From assembly GCF_009914755.1 (NCBI RefSeq), contig NC_060929.1: a DNA stretch of 64,000 nt. One strand, 5' to 3'. The notes beneath the pieces were generated by a model. That model did no database searches. It was given only the letters and a program-made list of their open reading frames with translations, and was not told the origin of the DNA. Position numbers and translations under genes: made by a program. This DNA comes from the human T2T-CHM13v2.0 reference genome, Homo sapiens. This document shows positions 14,056 through 27,153 of the stretch, piece after piece (position 1 is the first letter of the stretch; every line of letters begins with the position of its first letter).

Positions 14056-16329
14056 AGAATTTCATTCTTTTTTATGGATGAGTGATATTCCATTGTGAAT
14101 GTATGCCACTTCTTTTATTCATTCATTCATTATGGAATGTTGGATCATAGTAGTTCTATTTTTAGTTTTTTGAGGAACCTTCATACTGTTCCCCATAGTG
14201 GCTGTACTATACTAATTTACATTCCCACCAACAGTGTGTAAGAGGGTCCCCATTTCTCCATAGGCTTGGCAACATCTGTTATTGCCTGTCTTTTTGATAC
14301 AAGGCATTTTAGCAGGTGAAGTGATATCTCATTGTGGCTTTGATTTGCATTTCTCTGATGTTAGTGATTTTCAGCATTTTTTCATATACTGGTTGGCCAT
14401 TTCTATTTCTTGAGAAATGTCTGTTCAGATCTTTTGCCCATTTTTTAACTGTTTTTAGGGTTTTTTTGTTTGGTTGGTTGGTTTCGTTTTGTTTTGTTTG
14501 CTTTTGGAGTTTCTTGAGCTCTTTATATATTCCGGTTATTAATCCCCTGTCAAAGGGAGAGTTTGAAAATGTTTTCTCCCATTTTGTGGGTTGTCTCTTC
14601 ACTTTGTTAATTGTTTTCTTTGCAGAAGCTTTTAAGCTTAATGAAATGCCATTTATCTATTTTTACTTTGGTTGCCTGTGCTTTTGAGGTCTTACACAAA
14701 AAAATCTTTGACTCAGCTCAATGTCCTGGAGCACTTCCCCTATGTTTTCTTACAGTAGTTTTATAATTTCAGGTCTTAGATTTATACCTTTATCCGTTTT
14801 GATTTTATTTTTATGTATAGTGAGAGATAGGGTCCAGTTTGATTCTTCTGCACCTAGTTATTCAGTTTTCTCAGCATCATTTACTGAAGAGATGTCCTTT
14901 TCCTATTTTGTTTTCCAGCTTTGTTCTCTTGCTGAGGATTGTTTTGGCTATTTGAGGTCTCTTGTGGCTCCATACCAATTTTTGGATTCTTTTTTCTGTT
15001 TCTGTGAAAAATGTCATTGGTATTTTAATAGGTATTGTATAGAATCTGTAAATGGCTTTGGGTAGTATTGCCATTTCAACAATACTCATTCTTCCAGTCC
15101 ATGAACATAGGATATCTTTCCTTTTATTTGTCTTCTTCAGTTTCTTTCATTGGAGTTTTACAGTTTTCCTCATATAAATCTTTCACTTCTTTGGTTAAAT
15201 TGACTTGAAGATATTTTATATTTTTTGTAACTATTGTAAATGGGATTACATTCTTCATTTCTTTTTCAGATTGTTAGCTTTTGGCATATATAAATGCTAC
15301 TGACTTTTACATGTTGATTTTGTATCCTGCAACTGTACTGAATTTGTTTTTCAGCTCTAACAGTTTTCTAGTGGAGTCTTTAGGTTAATGAATGTACTTC
15401 TCTTGTTCTAGTCCTTAGAGGAGAGGCTTTTAATTTTTCCCTGTTTTGTATGATGTTGGCCATGGGTTTGTCACATATGGCCTTTGATATTTGAGGTATG
15501 TTTTCTGTACCCATTTTGATGAGGGGTTTTAAATTATTAAATGCTTTTCAAGCATCTATTAAAATAATTTGTCAGAGATGAGTTGGCTGTAGATGAATGG
15601 ATATATATCTGGGCTCTCTATTCTTTTCCATTGGTCTATGTGTCTGTTTTTATGCCAATACCATGCTGTTTTGGTTACAAAATGTGGTACATTTTGATAT
15701 CAAGTAGTATGATGTCTCCTTCCAGCTTTGTTGTTCTCTTGCTCAGGATTGTTTTGGCTATTCGAGGTCTCTTGTGGCTCCATACCAATTTTTGGATTTT
15801 TATTCTTGATTCTGTTCATGTGATATATCATGTTTCTGCATTTGTGTATGCTGAACCATGCTTGCATCCCTGATATTCATCATACTTGATCATGGCGAAT
15901 AATCTTTTTAATGTGTTGTTGAATTTGGACAGGCAGTATTTCATTGAGAATTTTTACATCTGTGTTTTTCAGTTATATGGGCATGTAGTGTTCTTTTATC
16001 ATTGTGTCCTTGTCTGGTTTTCATAGAATGAGTTTGCAAGTATTCCCTTCTCTTCAGTTTTTTTTTTTTTTTTTAAGACTTTAATAGAATTAGTATTGGT
16101 TCTTCTTTAAATGTTTGGTAGAATTCAGCAATGAAGCTGTTAAGTCCTGGGCCTTTCTTTAATAAAGACTTTTTACTATGGCTTTGATCTTATTACTCAT
16201 TATTGGTTTGCTGAGATTTTACATTCCTTAATGGTTCAGTCTTGGTAGTTTGTATATGTTGAGTAGTATATCCATCTTCTAGGTTTTCCAATTTGTTGGC
16301 ATGTAGTTGTTCATAACTGTTTCTAATGA

Positions 16330-16648
<319 letters not shown>

Positions 16649-16939
16649 TTCTTTCTGTTTCTGAGGCCTCAATTATTATGTCTCCATTTTAGTTTCTGAT
16701 TTTATTTATTTGTATCTTCTCTCATTTTTTCTTAGTCTGGGTAAAATTTGTCTATTTTGTTTATCTTTTTAAAAATCCATCTTTTTATTTTTTTGATCTT
16801 CTGTATTTTTAAATTTCTATTGCATTTATTTCTGCTCTGATCTTCTTTATTTCTTCTACTGATTTTGAATGTGGTTTGTTCTTGCTTTTCTAGTTTCTGA
16901 AGATTCATTATTATAATGTTTATTGAAGTATTTCTGCCT

Positions 16940-17223
16940 TGTTTTTGTTCTTGTTTTTTTGCCCAGAGTGGAGTGCAGTGGCATGATCACAACTCACTGC
17001 AGCCTCAACTTCCCAGGCTCAAATGATTCTCCCATCCCAGCCTCCTGAGTAGCTGGGACGACAGGTGTGCCCTACCATGCCCAGCTAATTTTTTATATTT
17101 TTTGTAGATATGGGGTTTTGCCATATTGCCCAGGCTGGTCTCAAATTTTTGGGCTCAAGCAATCCACCTGCCTTGTCCTCCCAAAGCACTGGAATTTACA
17201 GGCATGAGCCACCGTGCTTGGCC
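16940..17223 (-). mobile_element. AluJ
   Basis: GATCACAACTCACTGCAGCCTC and GGGCTCAAGCAATCC are J-type diagnostics. Confidence 0.9.
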
Positions 17224-18064
17224 TCTTTCTGCTTTTATGATACAGCCATTTATCACTGTGAACTTCCCTCTTAGGACTGCTTTTGCTGGATCTCACAGAT
17301 TTTGGTATTTTGTATTTCCATTTTCATGTGTTTTAAGAAACTTTTGATTTTCTTCATAATTTCTTTATTGATCCATTCGTAATTTGGGGGCATTTTGTTT
17401 AATTTCCATGTATTCATGTATTCTCCGAGGTTCCTTTTGTTATTGATTTCTAGTTTGATTTCATTATGTTCAGAAAAGATTACTGATATGACCTCTGTTT
17501 TTTTAAAAATGTTCTCAGACTTGTTTTATGACCTAAGATATCATCTATTTTGGAGAATGTCCCGTGTTTTAATGAAAATAACATGTATTCTGCGTGTATA
17601 GAAATTTGGGTGAAATTTCTATAAATGTCAGAGAGGCCTATTAGATTTGGTGTGCACTTTAACTCTGCTGGTTCATTGTTGATTTTCTGTCTGGATAATA
17701 TGTCCATTACTGAGAGTGGGCTGTTAAAGTCCCCTACTATTATTGTGTTGCAGTCTATCTCTCCTTTTAAGTCTATTAATGTTTGCTTTATACACTGTGC
17801 TCTGATGTTGGCTGCATTGCTATTTATAATTGTTATATCCTCTTGCTAAATTGATTCCTTTATCACTATGTAGTGACCTTCTTTATCTCTTTTTACAGTC
17901 TTAGATTCATAGTCTATTTTATCAAAGTTTAGCTACTCCTGCTATTTTTTGGTTTCCAATTGCAAGAAATAGCTTTTTCTACACTTTCACTTTCAGTTTG
18001 TGTGGGTCTTTTATAGTTGAGATGCATTTCTTGAAGGCAGCATATAGTTGAGGCTTCTTTATCC

Positions 18065-18440
18065 CAAATTTTAATTTTTTTCCCTCTCAGGTAGCTAGTC
18101 ATAGAGATCTTTCCATATGGCCTGATAGATGTGGCAGGCCTTGGTCTCATAAACATCACTTCCATCCAATAATGGATTGCTTCTTGGCCTGCTCACCTTT
18201 ATAGATAGGGAGAGCAGAGAGCACTCATGGTGAATAGTTTGGATTATGTGGTCACCCACTGCCCCCTGTTCAAAATCCATCAGAGCCCAGTAAGGACTCA
18301 AAGGAGAAGGCCTTGCTTCAAAACCTTAAAGGCCTCACCACAGGCTTGAGATGATACTCCAAGCTTCTGCAGATACCACAAGCTCTTTTGGAATTCACTG
18401 GGTCACTAGCACTGATGCCTAGGCCCAATAGAGCCTTTTC
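18065..18440 (-). mobile_element. ERVL-int pol fragment (segment preceding RNase H), degenerate
   Basis: Minus-strand translation YWAL..., KGEQAKKQSIIGWK*CL*DQ and AIWKDLYD*LPEREKN matches recalled ERV-L pol CYWAL...HKVGHAQQHSIIKWKWYIRD...ASWGVPYDQLTEEEK. Confidence 0.75.
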
Positions 18441-18928
18441 TTGCCTTAAGACCTACTGAAATCTCAAATCTCACAGCTTTTTTTAAAAAGCACATGTCAA
18501 ATGAAGGCTAAGTAGAAAAAGTATGTGCTTAGTAGAAGAAAGACAGAGCAATAGTGATTAATTTATCTTTATGAATGTATCTAGATTTTTGAAATCTAGA
18601 AAAAAATTGTTTAATTTTAACAAACACATATATTGTGCCTTTTCATAAGTTAAAATTTTATTTTGGATCACATAGTAGGGTAGAAAATCATTTCGGTACT
18701 TAAACGTCAGCAAAAGGTCTTAATCAGATATTTAGTGAATAGGCCAAAGCAGCCACCCATTGAAAACTGTATTACCTCCAGAAACGAAACAAGTCCACCA
18801 AGCATTATGCCCCTTCTATCTTGGAATGGGCACAAGATTCAGCAACTTGTCTGGCATATACGTGACCATGGGTCAGGTTCTCATGTATTTAACTGAGGTG
18901 AAAGGTCCCTATATTTTCATGGATATAG

Positions 18929-19569
18929 TGAAGTAGCATCCTTGTCTGGGGAAATACCCGAGATTTCTTGTCATGCACCAAGAAGATTAATGTCACGGAC
19001 ACACACACATGGAGTGGGTTAAGGAATGGAAAGTTTAATAGGCAAAACAAAGAAGAGAGGAGAGCAGCTCTCTCTCTCTTTTGTGAGAGAGAGGCATCCG
19101 AAAGAGGAAGGCTGCCTGCAGCGGATTGCACCAGATTTTATAGGCAGGCTTGAGGAGGTGGTGTCTGATTTGCCTAGGGCCCACAGATTGGTTCCATCAG
19201 GTGTGACGTTTACATGGTGCACAAGGGAGGCTGGTTGCCCCACCCTAATCCTATGCAAACGGATTTTCTACTTGTCCAGGGACATCTTGCCTATTCCATA
19301 CTGTACACATGGCTGGCAAAGAGAAGATGGAGCTGCCGTTTTGAATGTGCCTATTCCCAGGTAGCTTCTTTCTGTTGGCACAACCGCTGGCATTCACCTG
19401 TGCAAGCTTCTAGCTTGTTAGTCTATGTTTGCAGCTCGATTTTACAGGCTACTCTTTGTTAGAAAAGAAAGTGATTGGGGGGGCTGCTTTTCATTTAAAG
19501 GAAAACCTTGCCAAGGACTCCTGTGCCCTCACTATCTGCCTAAGTAATTTCTTTTTAACTCCTGTATCA
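18929..19569 (-). mobile_element. LTR9-like ERV1 solo LTR
   Basis: Minus strand starts TGATACAGGAGTTAAAAAGAAATTACTTAGGCAGATAGTGAGGG and ends GATGCTACTTCA. 4-bp TSD ATAG/ACAG. Confidence 0.8.
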
Positions 19570-21202
19570 ACAGCTTTTTCCTGTTGACACATATATCTTT
19601 TCAATTCTTTAAGCCGTAAGCAGCCTAGTTGAGGGTTCAGAAATCCTCCAAGGTTTACTCCAATATGATAGAGAAATATTTATTGTGTGTAGGATGATGT
19701 GAGAAAAAGTTTGGGAGGCACTGAGGTAAGTAATATGAGATAATGGTGACATGTAGTAAAAAGAGTTCTTAACATTTCCTTAGAGGCTCTAGTGAATTTT
19801 TCTCTAAACTGTATGGTATTCTCTTCTCAGAGAAAATTAAATCATTTATCAACGCAAGGTGATAAATGCATTCTTCTTTAGTAGTTATAGTTTTGTTTTT
19901 AAAAAGCCTTAATATTAGCTAATTCATTCCTAAGGAAAACCTAAGGCCTGTGCCTATTTGTCCACCACAGGGATCACCATGCAGCTGAAGACAGTCACCT
20001 AAATTCAGTTCTTGAGCATAGGAACAGTTCATCAGGCTCTGTAAAGTTTGTTCTCTAATTCAAAGCTTTCGATTATGGAGAATGTCACTTAAGGAGAAAG
20101 GAGATCTTATCTATATTACCAAAAACTATACTACTGTATGCTTGTGGTTATCCTGCTCTGTGTTTTGGAGTGGTACATCTTATCACTCACTTGACTGTGG
20201 CCAGAGGGTGGGAAGAGTCCTTTTATCTCGTAACTCCCAAAATGATGCCTGGAACCACAATGGTTTGTGGAATCCATGATCAAATCACAAAAAAGATTTT
20301 TTTTTTTTGTCCTGAGACTGACTCCTGGGTTTCTAAGGAGGTGGTTGAGATTGCAGTTTCATCTTTTCTGTTATCTCACCAGCATTGACACATAAAAAGG
20401 TTGTTTTTTTTTTTTTTTCTCCTTGAGCCTTTTTTAATTTAAAGAATTACAGGGAGGAAAGATCACAGAGAGATTCCCAGTGATAAAGCAAAAAAGACAA
20501 ATAACAAGTGTCCGCACATGTTCCTGTTCAAAACATGATCTCCTGAGGTGTTAGGAAAGTCACACAGGCCCCTTCTCCACTCGACATGATTTCCACAGGT
20601 AGGGGTGGGTTGCCTTGTGAGGCTCAGAGAAGGGAAACATCAAAGAGCCATCCTCAGTCTCATCTCTTCTTCCTGGGTCCTCTCAGTGCGGGGAGCTGTG
20701 AAGGTTACCCTTGGCACTTTTTCCAGAAGTGGTACTTCTTCCAGACCCAGACACCATTAAGTAGGCACAGGGTACGGCTCTTTTGTTTGCTTAATCCCCA
20801 ACAGTAGAGCCTTATAAGTCCTAGGTATTCTTTCCTATGGGGAACAGTCCCCAGGATACTTTCTGCTGCATTCAGATGAGAGCTAATAGCTAATCTTTAA
20901 AACCATTAAGCTGCACTTAGCTGAGCCTTCACTTACAGATTCTGGGAGACCCTTTGCTATTACACAGTGGAATCAAACTTTGTGAGGTCATGAGTGTAGT
21001 CAAATAAGCCTTTTCTGTGAGAAATCAGTGAGACATACATTTCCTCAATCTCAGTGCTCAGGTGGAGTATATGCTTTGCTGCCTTTTGTTTAAAACAGAA
21101 ATTTTTAGAAGGTTTTTAATCCTAACATCCCTCTGAATTTTTAATAGAGTTACTTATTTAAATTGAATTGTATTAAAATTTCAGTGTTTTCATCTTCAAG
21201 AC

Positions 21203-21447
21203 AGCAGGAGACCTGGAGTAGGGTAGGCAAGTAAGGCACTTAACTCAGACACAAAATTTAAAGGAAGTTCAGCAATCAATATAAATAATATTTTAAGGCA
21301 ATATTTTTAAAAACAAAAATTAACAAAAAAAAATGAAGAAAATAATGAAAATTGTAAAGAAAGACTGGGTCAGGAACAGTGCCGTTCTGAGCCATATTGG
21401 AACCTGAGGCAAATGAAAAACTCAGTAATATTTTGTTCATCATGGAT
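21203..21447 (+). mobile_element. MER96B-like hAT MITE, truncated (most of the right palindromic arm missing)
   Basis: TAGGGTAGGCAAGTAAGGCACT...AAAATTTAA...ACAGTGCCGTTCTGAGCCATATTGGAACCTGAGGCAAA...TTTTGTTCATCATGGA, then an abrupt switch to L1. Confidence 0.7.
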
Positions 21448-21449
21448 AC

Positions 21450-22338
21450 ATAATCTCTTTACAATGTGCAAAGAGATTCTGCTTATTATTGCTTTGTCCT
21501 TTTGGGGAGGTCATAGTTCCTTGCTTGCTGTTGTTTCTTGTGGGTACAGATTTATGTCTTTGCATTGAAAGATTAGTTATTTATTCCATTTTATTCTGTT
21601 CAGCTTATTTTGGTTTTTATTGGATATATTGGCTAGCAAATATTTAGTGCTAAGTTGCTGCCTCTTTTTTGGCTTTAAGTGGTACCTTAAGCCCAGGTTC
21701 ATCTTGCGTTGATGAATGATCAGAGCTCTGCCTGTCATGAACAGGGGCGGCCCCAAAGGGATTATCCCAGCAGTGTGTCAAGGCTGACTGGCTAGGGGGT
21801 TTGTGCCTAGGAGACCTGTGGAACATACCTCCTACAGCATGTTGCTGTTGAACAACCTCTTTCATATGGTGTCTCCTGCCAAGTAACAGAGCAGAGTTTC
21901 CAGGCTGTGGATGACAGTCTTGCCTCCCTCTTTTTTCTCTGCCTGTCCTTAGGGATATTTCTTCCTTCAAGGAGTCACAGTGCTTCACATGGGTCAAGGC
22001 AAAGACAGGTCTCCTGCCAAGGCACCCAAGATGGTGGGTAAGCTAATTGATCACTTCAATCTTATTTTTCTAGTGGAAATTCTGAGTTTGGGGCAGATTT
22101 TCCATGCATTTAGTGCTGGGTAGAGGTGGGGGACACATCACATATGTGAAAGTCCAGTTCTCTAACCATTTGCTCAGAGTTTTTCACTCTTCTGTGGCCC
22201 TGGGAGCTGTCTTATCCTCATATTTGAGTTCTGAATTGTTGCCGGTAAAAATGTTGGTGCTGTGTATTTGTTTGTGGTTTTCTATTAGGGGGAGTGAAGC
22301 CAGCTTGCTTCTGTGCTACCATTTTGGAACCAAAAGTC
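21450..22338 (-). mobile_element. L1MA 5' UTR and ORF1 N-terminus (likely the same element as 13455-18064)
   Basis: TTTGGGGAGGTCATAGTTCCTTGC. On the minus strand the 5' end reads GACTTTTGGTTCCAAAATGGTAGCACAGAAGCAAGCTGGCTTCACTCCCC. Confidence 0.75.
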
Positions 22339-22339
22339 T

Positions 22340-22595
22340 GTAAGTTGTTTTAAGATAATTTTGATAAATGATGTGAGAGAGAGCCAAGGTTCACTTCTTT
22401 CTAAAAGGATATCCCATTTTTCCAGCATCATTTGTTAAACAGATCATTTTTTTCCCCTCTGAGTTATCTTAACACCTTTGTCAAAATTATTTGGCCATTG
22501 ATTATGTAAGTCTCTTTGGTTCCATATACTGTATATGTTTATTCTTATACCAAATGCACATACTACTTGATAACTGTAGCTGTACAGTAAGTTAT
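22340..22595 (-). mobile_element. Continuation of old L1ME/MD ORF2
   Basis: ATCCCATTTTTCCAGCATCATTTGTTAAA...CACCTTTGTCAAAAT...TTGATAACTGTAGC follows on from the piece ending at 13445. Confidence 0.75.
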
Positions 22596-22604
22596 AAAAT
22601 AAAC

Positions 22605-22931
22605 ATAATAATTTTTAACTGAAATAATATTTTAAAAATCAAACAGAAATCTTGAAAATGAGAAACACATTTGCTGAACTGAAGAATTCATTAGAGGCTC
22701 TCAGCAGTAGAATGGACCAGGCAGAGGAAAGAATTGGTAAGCTCGAAGACTGGGTTTTTGGTGGGTTTTTCTATTGGCTATTTGAAAATACACAGATGAG
22801 AAAACAAAAACAAAAACAAAAAGGAATGAAAGCCACCTGGAAAATAACAGAAATTACCACAAAAAAACCCAAATCTGTGAATTATTGCTGTTTCAGACGA
22901 AGCTGAGCAAGAGCAAGGGGTAGAAATCTTA
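22605..22931 (+). mobile_element. L1MA/PB-type ORF1 fragment (inverted relative to the parent element)
   Basis: Peptide MRNTFAELKNSLEALSSRMDQAEERIGKLED is L1 ORF1 coiled coil. Confidence 0.85.
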
Positions 22932-23175
22932 GATTAGATGATTACAGAAGATGTTGCATATGTTGGCAGCTGCAAATGCTGGAAATGGTCAGCTACAGTA
23001 TTATGGTCCCACTCAAGGTGTCTGGAAGGACAGTAGAGTAGTAATATCTTCCCAGTAGTCAGAACTTTGATCTGTACATATTGTTGTTCATTTGCTGGGA
23101 AGTGGAGATGGCCTAAGCCCAGGAACACGGTCTGTGCTAATTCGAGGCATTTGAATCTTGCACAAAGTTTGAAAA
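22932..23175 (+). mobile_element. ERVL-int pol RNase H fragment
   Basis: GAAGGACAGT...ATCTTCCCAGTAGTCAGAACTTTGATCTGTACATATTGTTGTTCATTTGC matches recalled ERV-L LKDSGEGKSSQWAELRAVHLVVHF. Confidence 0.72.
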
Positions 23176-23370
23176 CAGTTGAAACTTTTACAGTTAAATG
23201 TGTGAAGTACATAAAGGCCCTGGCAACCACAGAGTGCCTGTCCATCTACATACATCAGCCTAAGTGATTCCAAGCCAAGTTTTACAAGTTTTTCCTGTTA
23301 TAGTGACAGATAGAATGAAAAATATGTCCTTGGATAGTTGGGGTAAAGTAGCTAAATTTTTCTCCAAAGT

Positions 23371-23500
23371 TCAATTCAAGAAACATTCATTGAGCAAGCA
23401 CTTACCCTGGGCCAGGCACTGTGTTATGTATTTGGGATATGGAAGCTCATAAAATGTGGTACCTATTTCAAGACTCAGTGAAATATCTCCCTCCCATAGT
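23371..23500 (-). mobile_element. L2 3' end
   Basis: TTCAATTCAAGAAACATTCATTGAGCA...GCCAGGCACTGTG. Confidence 0.7.
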
Positions 23501-24179
23501 CTAGGAACTTAAATGAAAATAAATTTCTCTAGGATCCCAGGCTAGTTCTCTGTTGCAGATTTATATTAATATATTACTAAGCTAAGAGACTGGCATGTTG
23601 GTGAGTCCAGAGAGCCAGATTGTCATGAAACACAGTAGGAGTTTGGTAAATAATAGTTGGATTAATGACTAAAAATGATACTCCTGAACCCTCTTTCCAT
23701 ATCTGGTAGCAGCTATGCCATAAGAGTCAGTCCCAACAGACACCTACTAATTAATCAGTTCCTGTGAAATTCCTGATAGCCCCATGTGAGGCATCATTTT
23801 GAACCCATTCTGACCTGAAAACTGGAACATGGAGGATCATACTAAGAGTTACATTCAAATTGCACACTGTCATGTCTGTGTTGTGTGGTGTCTTGGTACT
23901 CTAAAGTTTAACTGCACGCTGCTTCCGGTTTCTCCCCTTCATGCATGTTCATTGACTAGCCATAGACATGAGCTCTTTCCACCGCTGGCCTTCTATTTTC
24001 CAGAGTTCTCCTTTCATTCTTCAGTGGCTGTGGTTGTCTCTGGATCTTTTCCCTGCTTCCTCTGGACAATAAGTTTAAGGGAGTTTTTCTATTGGCATTT
24101 TGGAGACCTAGCACTGTTGACAGTATGTCTATTGCTGCCTTCAGGGCAAAGCAGTATAAAAATGGGAGATTCACTCTGC

Positions 24180-25320
24180 TGATCACTTTTCAAAGTTCAA
24201 CTCTCCTTCATAATCAGCCTGTGTTTTTCTATTTCCAGAGCCTTTAGATAATTTTTCTTTTTGTTTTGTATTTTTTAGAGTTTATAGCTGCCATTTGAAA
24301 GAGGATTGGTTGTATGAGAAGCTGATCCCTTCTATACTAGAAGCAGAGCCTCCCAGATACTGTATTTTACAGTTCTAAAATGTCAGTTTAATTAAAGTAT
24401 AGATTCCCTATAACAAAATTTCATGTTTCCATACCTGTGTTCTATCTTTTTTTCTATTTTTATTTGTTTATTAATCTTACTTATTTTGAAGTCTTTGTTT
24501 GCAAGCCTGGTATTTGGTTCATTTCTCAGTCTGCTTCCATTATGTGTTTAATCTCTTTATTATCAGTCACTTTACTGCTTCTTAACTCTAGTTTAATTGT
24601 ATTGTATGCTGGACATTGTGGATTTAAAAAATGTTAGAGTCTTCAAATGATGCGTATCTTTCACCAGAGTTGACTCATCCTTTATTAGACATAAAAAGTG
24701 AGAATTGATTATTTAATCTGATCAAGAGCCGAGCTAAGAAAATGTTTGGTTGCAGTTTTTATAAGTCTCAATCTACCTAGTGTTTGTTCCTGCTCTTAGG
24801 GTATAGCCCTTCAAATTTTTCCGTTGAGAACCTGGTATGGCCATGGTGACCCCCATTTTGGTAAATCGTGAACTCTTTCTTTGTTTCCTTAACACAGTGA
24901 GACTTCCCCAGTGTCAATTCTGCTTTTATAAGGTGTTCTGCTTAAGCTTTTTAGGCCCCCAACTAAATGTAGCTTCAGAATTTGGCAAATGTGTTTAGGG
25001 AAAAACTGGAAGTATGTTGAGAGCCCTTTGGTCTCCAGCTCTGCAATACTTCCAAAAAGTTCTGCTGGTTTCTCTGCCTCTGTGCAGTCAAAGCTTGATT
25101 CTCAGGCTCTTGGCCTTTGGCCCAAATCAACAAATGCCTCCAGAGAAAAAGCAGCTACAGGGAATCAATTTCCTTCTCTTCCTTCAGTTTCTCTCCAGAA
25201 TCTTGACCCTCAGATGTCTTTATACAAATAATTTACAAAGCAATTAAAAATGCATATGACTTTTTGTTATAAACATAATCAATGGGAGCCTTAATTTGTC
25301 ACAAGTCAGAAACCTGTCTA
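24180..25320 (-). mobile_element. Old L1ME-like ORF1/5' region, degenerate
   Basis: T-rich L1M-like segments, for example TTGTATGCTGGACATTGTGGAT and CTTCAGAATTTGGCAAATG. Confidence 0.5.
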
Positions 25321-27153
25321 CAAGAAAAAGTAATAGCTATATAAATAAAACCTGAGCAGACCAATTGTGATACCATTTCATAAACGAAGGAGTATGATTC
25401 ATTTTAATCTCTGCACTTGCTCTACACAGCCAAAATAGGAAAGAAAAAACAGAGACAGAGACTTCACAAACATGCTCTACAATCTTATGCCTCCCAACCT
25501 TATCACATGCTGTTCCCTCTGCTGGAAATATACAAATTCTCACACAAGACTTAAGACACGGCAGACAGTAAGATGTCACATTTTGGCTATAAATGTGAAG
25601 TGTGAGTCCATCAGAGAAGGCATATCTTTGATAAGAGGAGGACTGAGCCCCATCTGGGTTAATTTTCTTGTCTTCACCACAGCCTCAGCAATGGAAGGAA
25701 GAGATATGTGTAATACTCCTCTGCACTGTACCCAGAAATATACTAGGCACTGAAGGCACAGAAGTAAAATACAAGTCTCTGCCCCAGAGGAGTTCCCAAT
25801 TCTTTATCACAGCTCTTTTCTACATTATTGAGAACCTAGTAGGGAAGAATTTTAATAATATGGGATGTTCTTTGGTTTTTTCTTCCTTCCTGTACCTTCT
25901 GCCATTTTTATAGTTCTTTATTTAGAGCTGACCAGGCAGAAAGTTGTAAGCAAGAGAATTGTGAAAGTTTTGTGCTTCTCATCACCTGAAACTAACCCCA
26001 CAGGCTATTATACTCTGCCCAGTGTATTAATATATTCTCAGAGCTTTAAGACTGTGTTGAAAATGGGAAAGAAAACCTTTTACTGTGTTTATTATATCAG
26101 CCTGATCCAATCAGGCCTGGGTCCTTTTTTGTTAGGGTAAATGGAGAGATTACTCTCTAACAATTTTCAGACAGTAGTAGTTAAACTGTGTATTTGTATC
26201 TAAATAAAAGGTTAACACTACTGGCATGCAGAAATTATAGAAATGTACATTTTATCATGATAAACAATCCCAATTGTGTAGCTTTAAAAATACAAAATTC
26301 TACTTGCAATTATTTTCAGAGACTTAAAAATTAAGTTTCCTTCCCTGTAGTATTTTAGCTGTCAGAATGGCTACTTCCATTATCTACCCATCCAAAATTA
26401 TTCAGTTGATTTAATACCTGCAAAATTAGTGAATTTTTACCATGGGATTTAGGCAGGGGATTTTTCCAGCTATACTGATATCAACATTTAAGGTGATTAT
26501 GAATAGACTTTTTCTATTCCACTAGTTCCTTAGGAAATACGGTTTTCACAATTTATCTTCAGTGGAAAAGAGATCAGGACTGGGTATGCTATCAGGATTC
26601 AACTCTGTGCCATTTATTGGAAAAAATAACCACAAAAATTGCTGCTGAGTTCCCTCCGTCAGTGTATTCTCTTCCCAATATCCTGCTATACTCCTGCCAG
26701 AGCTGTTCAGGTCAGAGAAAAGTAGGGTGTTAGGTTATTGACATAAGAAAGCTTGGATAGCCTAGGGAATATTTGTAGATATAGTCAGAGGTCTTTGTAA
26801 TAATATAGCTTCTCTGAGCATCTCTGTTCAGAGTGTTAGGAGACAAGGAGAGAGAATGAACAGTATAGTTTTGTTATCCCACATTTTTTTCAATGACATG
26901 AGGTAGTGGGAATTGGCTCAATTCAGTTATAGAGGTTAAATTTTAAGCCCTATTCACAAGGGACAGAGTGCACAATAGATTTTTACCTAAACTTTATAAA
27001 GCTGGACCATTTATTATACTCAGATACTAACCCCTTTCATCTTGCATTTCTTGCTTTATGTTGAACAGGATCCAAAGAGCAGAAATTTTGTTGGCTGTAA
27101 AAATCTGAGATATAATCCTGAATGGCTTATTTCTAAGAATAGAATATATTTTA

